From Trueperaceae bacterium (GTDB lineage: Bacteria; Deinococcota; Deinococci; Deinococcales; Trueperaceae): DNA of 11,888 nucleotides. Shown in pieces: positions 7,519-11,888 of this stretch. Under the pieces are notes generated by a model, which did no database searches, was not told the origin of the DNA, and saw nothing but the letters and a program-made list of their open reading frames with translations. Made by a program: the position numbers and the translations under genes. Position 1 is the stretch's first letter. The number at the start of each line of letters is the position of its first letter. Location: contig JBBDRK010000053.1 of assembly GCA_040905465.1 (NCBI GenBank), positions 11,127-23,014 on the forward strand, given 5' to 3'.

Positions 7519-8901
7519 ATGCCCCTGCTCATCAAGAACGGCGACATCATCACCGCAGACTCACGCTTCCAGGCCGACATCTACTGCGAGGGCGAGACGA
7601 TAACCCGCATCGGAAAGAACCTCGACGTCCCGCAGGAGGCGGAAGTCGTCGACGCCGCCGGCAAGTACGTCTTCCCGGGATTCATCGACCCGCACGTGCA
7701 CGTCTTCCTGCCTTTCATGGGCACCGAGACCAAGGACACCCACGAGACCGCCAGCAAGGCGGCGCTGCTGGGCGGCACCACCACCTTCATCGAGATGGCC
7801 GCCCCGGGCCCTCAACAGTCGGCGACCGAGGGGTACGAACTGTGGAAGTCGAAGGCGGAGGGCAACAGCGCCTGCGACTACGCCTTTCACATGGGAGTGA
7901 CCCGCTTCGACGACGACACGCCCGACCAACTCAGGCGGGTAGTCGCCGACGGCACTACCTCGTTCAAGGTGTTTCTCGCCTACAAGGGTGCGCTGGACGT
8001 GGATGACGACGCGCTGTTTCGCACGCTCACGCTCGCCCGCGAGCTGGGGGTTACCGTCACCGCTCACTGCGAGAACGCCGAACTGGTGGCGCGGCGCCAG
8101 CAGATGCTGCTCGGGGACGGCAAGACCGGACCGGAGTTCCACGAGCCGAGCCGGCCGGCGCGGGTGGAAGCGGAGGGTACCCATCACTTCGCGACCTTCC
8201 TGGAGATGACCGGAGCACGCGGTTACGTCGTCCACCTGAGCTGCATTCCGGCACTGAAGGCCGCGGTCGAGGCGAAGGCACGCGGCGTCGATCTCACGAT
8301 CGAGTCGGTCATACCCCACCTGCTCCTGGACGCGAGCTACGCCGAGCGGCCCGATTTCGAAGGCGCCAAGTTCGTGATGTCGCCCCCGCTGCGAACCAAG
8401 GAGGACCAGACCGCGCTGTGGCGGGCGCTCGAGCAGGGCCTGGTAGACACGGTCGGCACAGATCATGCGCCGTTCGACTTCAGCGGCCAGAAGGACATGG
8501 GCAAGGGCGACTTCACCAGGATCCCCAACGGCATCCCCGCCATCGAGGACCGGGTGAACATGCTCTACACCTACGGCGTCTCGCGTGGACGGCTCGACAT
8601 CCACCGCTTCGTCGATGCCGCCAGCACCAAAGCGGCCCGGACCTTCGGGCTGTTCCCCAGGAAGGGAACGATCCAGGTGGGTGCAGACGCCGACCTGGTG
8701 GTCTACGACCCGAACTACCGAGGTGTGCTCAGCGCCGGCGAGCAGACCATGAACGTCGACTACCGCGGCTTCGAAGGCTTCGAGGTCGACGGCCGGCCTG
8801 CGCTGGTGACGGTGCGCGGTCAGGTGGCCGTACGGGACAGCAAGTTCGTGGGCGACACGTCACGCGGTAAGCTGCTGCGGCGCGAGCCGGCGCAGTCGTG
8901 A
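7519..8901 (+). CDS. hydA: Dihydropyrimidinase (D-hydantoinase)
   Basis: Amidohydrolase metal ligands PGFIDPHVH, carboxylated Lys in SFKVFLAY, AHCEN, VVHLS, GTDHAPF; also MSPPLR and IPNGIP. GGAGGAG RBS. Confidence 0.96.
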   Translation: MPLLIKNGDIITADSRFQADIYCEGETITRIGKNLDVPQEAEVVDAAGKYVFPGFIDPHVHVFLPFMGTETKDTHETASKAALLGGTTTFIEMAAPGPQQSATEGYELWKSKAEGNSACDYAFHMGVTRFDDDTPDQLRRVVADGTTSFKVFLAYKGALDVDDDALFRTLTLARELGVTVTAHCENAELVARRQQMLLGDGKTGPEFHEPSRPARVEAEGTHHFATFLEMTGARGYVVHLSCIPALKAAVEAKARGVDLTIESVIPHLLLDASYAERPDFEGAKFVMSPPLRTKEDQTALWRALEQGLVDTVGTDHAPFDFSGQKDMGKGDFTRIPNGIPAIEDRVNMLYTYGVSRGRLDIHRFVDAASTKAARTFGLFPRKGTIQVGADADLVVYDPNYRGVLSAGEQTMNVDYRGFEGFEVDGRPALVTVRGQVAVRDSKFVGDTSRGKLLRREPAQS

Positions 8902-8962
8902 ACCGAGGTCGCACCGCCAGAACCGAAGGATAGAGCCGTACCAGATCGCAAGGAGCCGTTAG

Positions 8963-9775
8963 TTGACGCTGCAACACCAAGCGCAGGACGCCCCGAACGG
9001 GGAATCGCCACCGGCCGTCATCGAGATGGAGGACCTCTCGATGGCCTACTTCGGCCGTGGCACCCAGACCGTTGCCCTCCAGAACGCAGACCTGACGGTG
9101 AACGAGGGCGAGTTCATCAGCCTGATCGGTCCGTCCGGCTGCGGCAAGACCACGCTCCTGCGAATCATCGCCGACCTGGTACAACCGACTGGCGGGTCGA
9201 TCCTGGTTACCGGCAAGACCGCCGACCAGGCCCGGCGCGACCGCGAGTACGGTTACGTGTTCCAGGCTCCGGTGCTCTACGACTGGCGGACCGTCCTGCA
9301 CAACGTGACGCTGCCGCTCGAGATCATGGGCTATTCGCGCGAGGAGCGCAGGACGCGGGCGACGCAGTTGCTGGCGATGGTGGGGTTGCAGGAGTTTCAC
9401 CGGAACTACCCCTGGCAACTCTCGGGCGGCATGCAGCAGCGGGTGAGCATAGCTCGGGCACTGGCGTTCGACCCCAAGTTGCTGCTGATGGACGAACCGT
9501 TCGGTGCGCTCGACGAGATCACCCGCGAGGCCATGAACAACGAGCTCCTGCGAATCTGGCAGGAGACCGGTAAGACGGTCATCTTCGTGACCCACTCCAT
9601 CCCCGAGGCGGTCTTCCTGTCCAGCCGAGTGGTGGTGATGACGGCCCGGCCCGGCAAGATCGAGCGCATCATCGACGTCGACCTGCCCTATCCGCGCACC
9701 GAGGAGACACGCGAGTCGAGCCGTTTCTTCGAGTTGGCTACCGAGGTTCGGGAGGCCCTTCGGGGTCTGCAGTGA
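8963..9775 (+). CDS. NitT/TauT-family ABC transporter ATP-binding protein (likely pyrimidine uptake)
   Basis: Walker A GPSGCGKTT, Q-loop VFQ, signature LSGGMQQR, Walker B LLLMDEPFGALD, H-loop VTHS. TTG start with AAGGAG 7 nt upstream. Confidence 0.95.
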   Translation: MTLQHQAQDAPNGESPPAVIEMEDLSMAYFGRGTQTVALQNADLTVNEGEFISLIGPSGCGKTTLLRIIADLVQPTGGSILVTGKTADQARRDREYGYVFQAPVLYDWRTVLHNVTLPLEIMGYSREERRTRATQLLAMVGLQEFHRNYPWQLSGGMQQRVSIARALAFDPKLLLMDEPFGALDEITREAMNNELLRIWQETGKTVIFVTHSIPEAVFLSSRVVVMTARPGKIERIIDVDLPYPRTEETRESSRFFELATEVREALRGLQ

Positions 9776-9859
9776 GCACGCGGTGACGACGCTGAAGATC
9801 CGGCCGAGCGACGAACGGCAACGGCAGACGCCAGCGAACGCCGCGGAGGGGGCGCCGGC

Positions 9860-11815
9860 GTGAACCGCCTCCGCGGGCATCTGCCGGTGCTGATGGTCCT
9901 CCTCGTGATCGTGCTGCTGGGCTACCCGCTGGCCCTGCTCTTCGGCCTGCCGTTGGCGCACCGGGACATGAACGACCTGCGCAAGTGGGAGCACGCGACC
10001 ATCAGCGCCAGCCCTCCTCACGACCTGGCGGCCGCGCCGCAGCTCACCTTCCCCGGCGGCATCGAGCGCGGTCTGCTGGTGCGCGACGACGTTCCAATCG
10101 ACTGGCACTACCGGCTGGTCGAGCGCGAAGCGGACGAACACGACCAAGCGGAGGTAGTGACGGCCCTGGTGCTGGAGGAGCTGCCCGCCGCCCCGCTCAC
10201 CCCGTCGCGACTCGTGCGCTGGGAAGGAGAGTTGGAGCCTCTGGGGGAGGGCGTCTACCGGCTGCCCGATTCGGCCGATGCCGGCGACCCGACCCTGGCG
10301 GTATACGCCGGCCAGCGACTGCTTACACTCGGAACGGTGAGGGCCCGCGAGGTTCCCGAGGGGGAGCGGCTGGTGTTCAGCTTCCCGCCAGCCCCAGGGC
10401 TACGAGTCGAGCAACAAGCCGGGCGACGGGTTCAGCGGCAAGCGGCAGGGCCGGTGCTGGTCGACGACCGGGCCCTCCGGGAGGGCCGTGATTACGAGGA
10501 CCTGGGCGGCCAGGTTCGGCTGGAGGATGCGCCGCCCTTCGGCAGCAGCGTACGCAGGGTGAGCGGTGACTATGGGGTGGTAGACGCCAGCGCCGGCCTG
10601 GTGGTGCTCGCCGCCGAGCAGCCTGAGCCTCTTCGAGTGGCCGCCAGCGTGGTGCGCCTGGCGGAGGCGCTCGAGCCGGTGGCGGCCGGCAACGACCGGC
10701 GCTACCGGTTCGCACACGACAAGGTGGTCGAGTCCGATCGCGACCGACGGGTGTTCGTTGGCCGCACGCTGCTGTCGGGCGACCCCGAACGGCCGGGCGA
10801 ACGTGTCGACGGCGCCACCAGCAGCTTCACCTTCGACAGTCCGATGGGGATCATTACCGTGGACGGAGTCCGGCTGACCGAAGGCCAGGACTACGTTCGA
10901 GAGGGGAACCTGGTGACTTTCACGCGGCCGCCGGCCCGCAACGCCAGGCTGCGCCACTACCCCGACTTCTTCCTGGTCGACCCCGCTCGCGGCGAGATCG
11001 AGCTGGCGGCCGCTCCCGATCCCGGCGGCACCGTCTGGACCAGCCGCTACACGGTCTACGCCCGGCCCAGTTGCGGCGAGACGGTTCTGGAGTGCTTCTA
11101 CTCCCTGCCGCAGCACCCGGTGCCGTTCCCCCACTGGATCGCCACGCGCCTGGGACCGTTTTTCGAGAAGTATCCGCTGGCCGACGAGCGCAACGTCGTG
11201 TGGGCCACGCTCTACACCACGCTCGGCACCATGGCCGCGCTGGCCCTGGGCAGCGCGGTGGGAATCGTGCTGGCGGTGATGTTCGTGCTGCTGCGGCCGC
11301 TCGAGCGTGCCCTCTTGCCCTGGGTGATCGCCTCGCAGACCATCCCGATCATCGCCCTGGTGCCGGTGTTGCTGCTGATCCTAGGAAACTTCGGCATCAC
11401 CATCCAGACGAGCCTGCTGCCCACCGCCATCATCGGCGCCTACATTGCCTTCTTCCCGATGGTCGTGGGGACGGTCAAGGGCCTGCGCTCGGTGGACCCA
11501 CTGGCGCTCGACCTGATGCGCTCCTATGCGGCGACGCCGCTGCAGGTGTTCACCAAGGTACGCTTCCCGGCCGCCGTGCCGTTCTTCTTCACCAGCCTCA
11601 AGCTGGCAACCGCCGCCGCGCTGGTGGGAGCGCTGGTGGCCGAGACCGAATCGAACAACCGGCGCGGGCTGGGCTTCCAGATTCTCGGGCAGGTGCAGTC
11701 GGGCAACGTCGCCGATGTCTGGATACTGCTGATCATCTCGGCGCTGCTGGGCGTCGGGCTGGTGGCGGGAATCGGCCTGCTTCAGCGGGTCGTCGCACCC
11801 TGGGAGCGCGCATGA
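9860..11815 (+). CDS. NitT/TauT-family ABC transporter permease with a large extracytoplasmic repeat insertion, 651 aa
   Basis: N-terminal TM helix (aa ~8-33). C-terminal ~230 aa resemble TauC/SsuC (SQTIPIIALVPVL, FFPMVVGTVKGLRSVD, EAA-loop-like LMRSYAATPLQVFTKVRFPAAVPFFFTSLK, LVGALVAE, GLG). Residues ~34-415 are hydrophilic and beta-rich. GGAGG RBS upstream of GTG. Confidence 0.92.
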   Translation: MNRLRGHLPVLMVLLVIVLLGYPLALLFGLPLAHRDMNDLRKWEHATISASPPHDLAAAPQLTFPGGIERGLLVRDDVPIDWHYRLVEREADEHDQAEVVTALVLEELPAAPLTPSRLVRWEGELEPLGEGVYRLPDSADAGDPTLAVYAGQRLLTLGTVRAREVPEGERLVFSFPPAPGLRVEQQAGRRVQRQAAGPVLVDDRALREGRDYEDLGGQVRLEDAPPFGSSVRRVSGDYGVVDASAGLVVLAAEQPEPLRVAASVVRLAEALEPVAAGNDRRYRFAHDKVVESDRDRRVFVGRTLLSGDPERPGERVDGATSSFTFDSPMGIITVDGVRLTEGQDYVREGNLVTFTRPPARNARLRHYPDFFLVDPARGEIELAAAPDPGGTVWTSRYTVYARPSCGETVLECFYSLPQHPVPFPHWIATRLGPFFEKYPLADERNVVWATLYTTLGTMAALALGSAVGIVLAVMFVLLRPLERALLPWVIASQTIPIIALVPVLLLILGNFGITIQTSLLPTAIIGAYIAFFPMVVGTVKGLRSVDPLALDLMRSYAATPLQVFTKVRFPAAVPFFFTSLKLATAAALVGALVAETESNNRRGLGFQILGQVQSGNVADVWILLIISALLGVGLVAGIGLLQRVVAPWERA

Positions 11816-11888
11816 AGCAGGCGCGAGCCTCCCTCGCCGGGCCGGCGGCCGCTGCGCCGCTGCGCTTCAGGCCGCTCTATACCTCGCT
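11812..11888 (+). CDS. 5' fragment of the next operon gene (possibly a second ABC permease), truncated by the window edge
   Basis: ATGA overlap with the permease stop; open to the end as MKQARASLAGPAAAAPLRFRPLYTS. The product is guessed from operon context only. Confidence 0.55.
   Translation, partial: MKQARASLAGPAAAAPLRFRPLYTS

Noticed and set aside
8898-8933. GTGA-coupled mini-ORF MNRGRTARTEG* after hydA
   Set aside because: It stops ~30 nt before the ATPase start, which has its own SD, so no coupling is evident.
8963-8977. ABC ATPase and HAD gene both begin MTLQH
   Set aside because: The similarity is limited to five codons with no flanking identity, so it is treated as coincidence.
9773-9859. 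ATPase and permease are in the same frame, separated by one TGA and 28 sense codons (possible readthrough fusion)
   Set aside because: The ATPase ends at a normal family position, the permease has its own RBS, and 28 stop-free codons are unremarkable at this GC content.

Overview
This GC-rich bacterial window is dominated by a + strand reductive pyrimidine catabolism operon (3721->end): nitrilase-type beta-ureidopropionase, dihydropyrimidine dehydrogenase subunits PreT and PreA, dihydropyrimidinase HydA, and a NitT/TauT-type ABC transporter. An aldehyde dehydrogenase is transcribed divergently, followed by an AbrB/MazE-antitoxin/Doc-toxin pair. At the left end are a 59-aa two-helix membrane protein and a HAD-IIA (NagD-like) phosphatase, both absent from the ORF track. 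The most unusual element is the 651-aa ABC permease. It has a ~380-aa insertion after its first TM helix, built from two tandem ~140-aa repeats, each apparently a domain nested inside a domain, with motifs resembling phage tail-fibre/GTA beta-sandwich modules. Other oddities: the Doc catalytic His is replaced by Pro; a 13-bp perfect inverted repeat brackets a strong promoter between two divergent genes; a 20-bp duplication of the ALDH ribosome-binding site and start creates a coupled 7-aa uORF; and a relay of GTGA-overlapping mini-ORFs spans the ATPase-permease gap. Leaderless-type -10 boxes 6 nt before start codons are compatible with Deinococcota or Actinomycetota, but taxonomy is inference only. 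No database searches were run.
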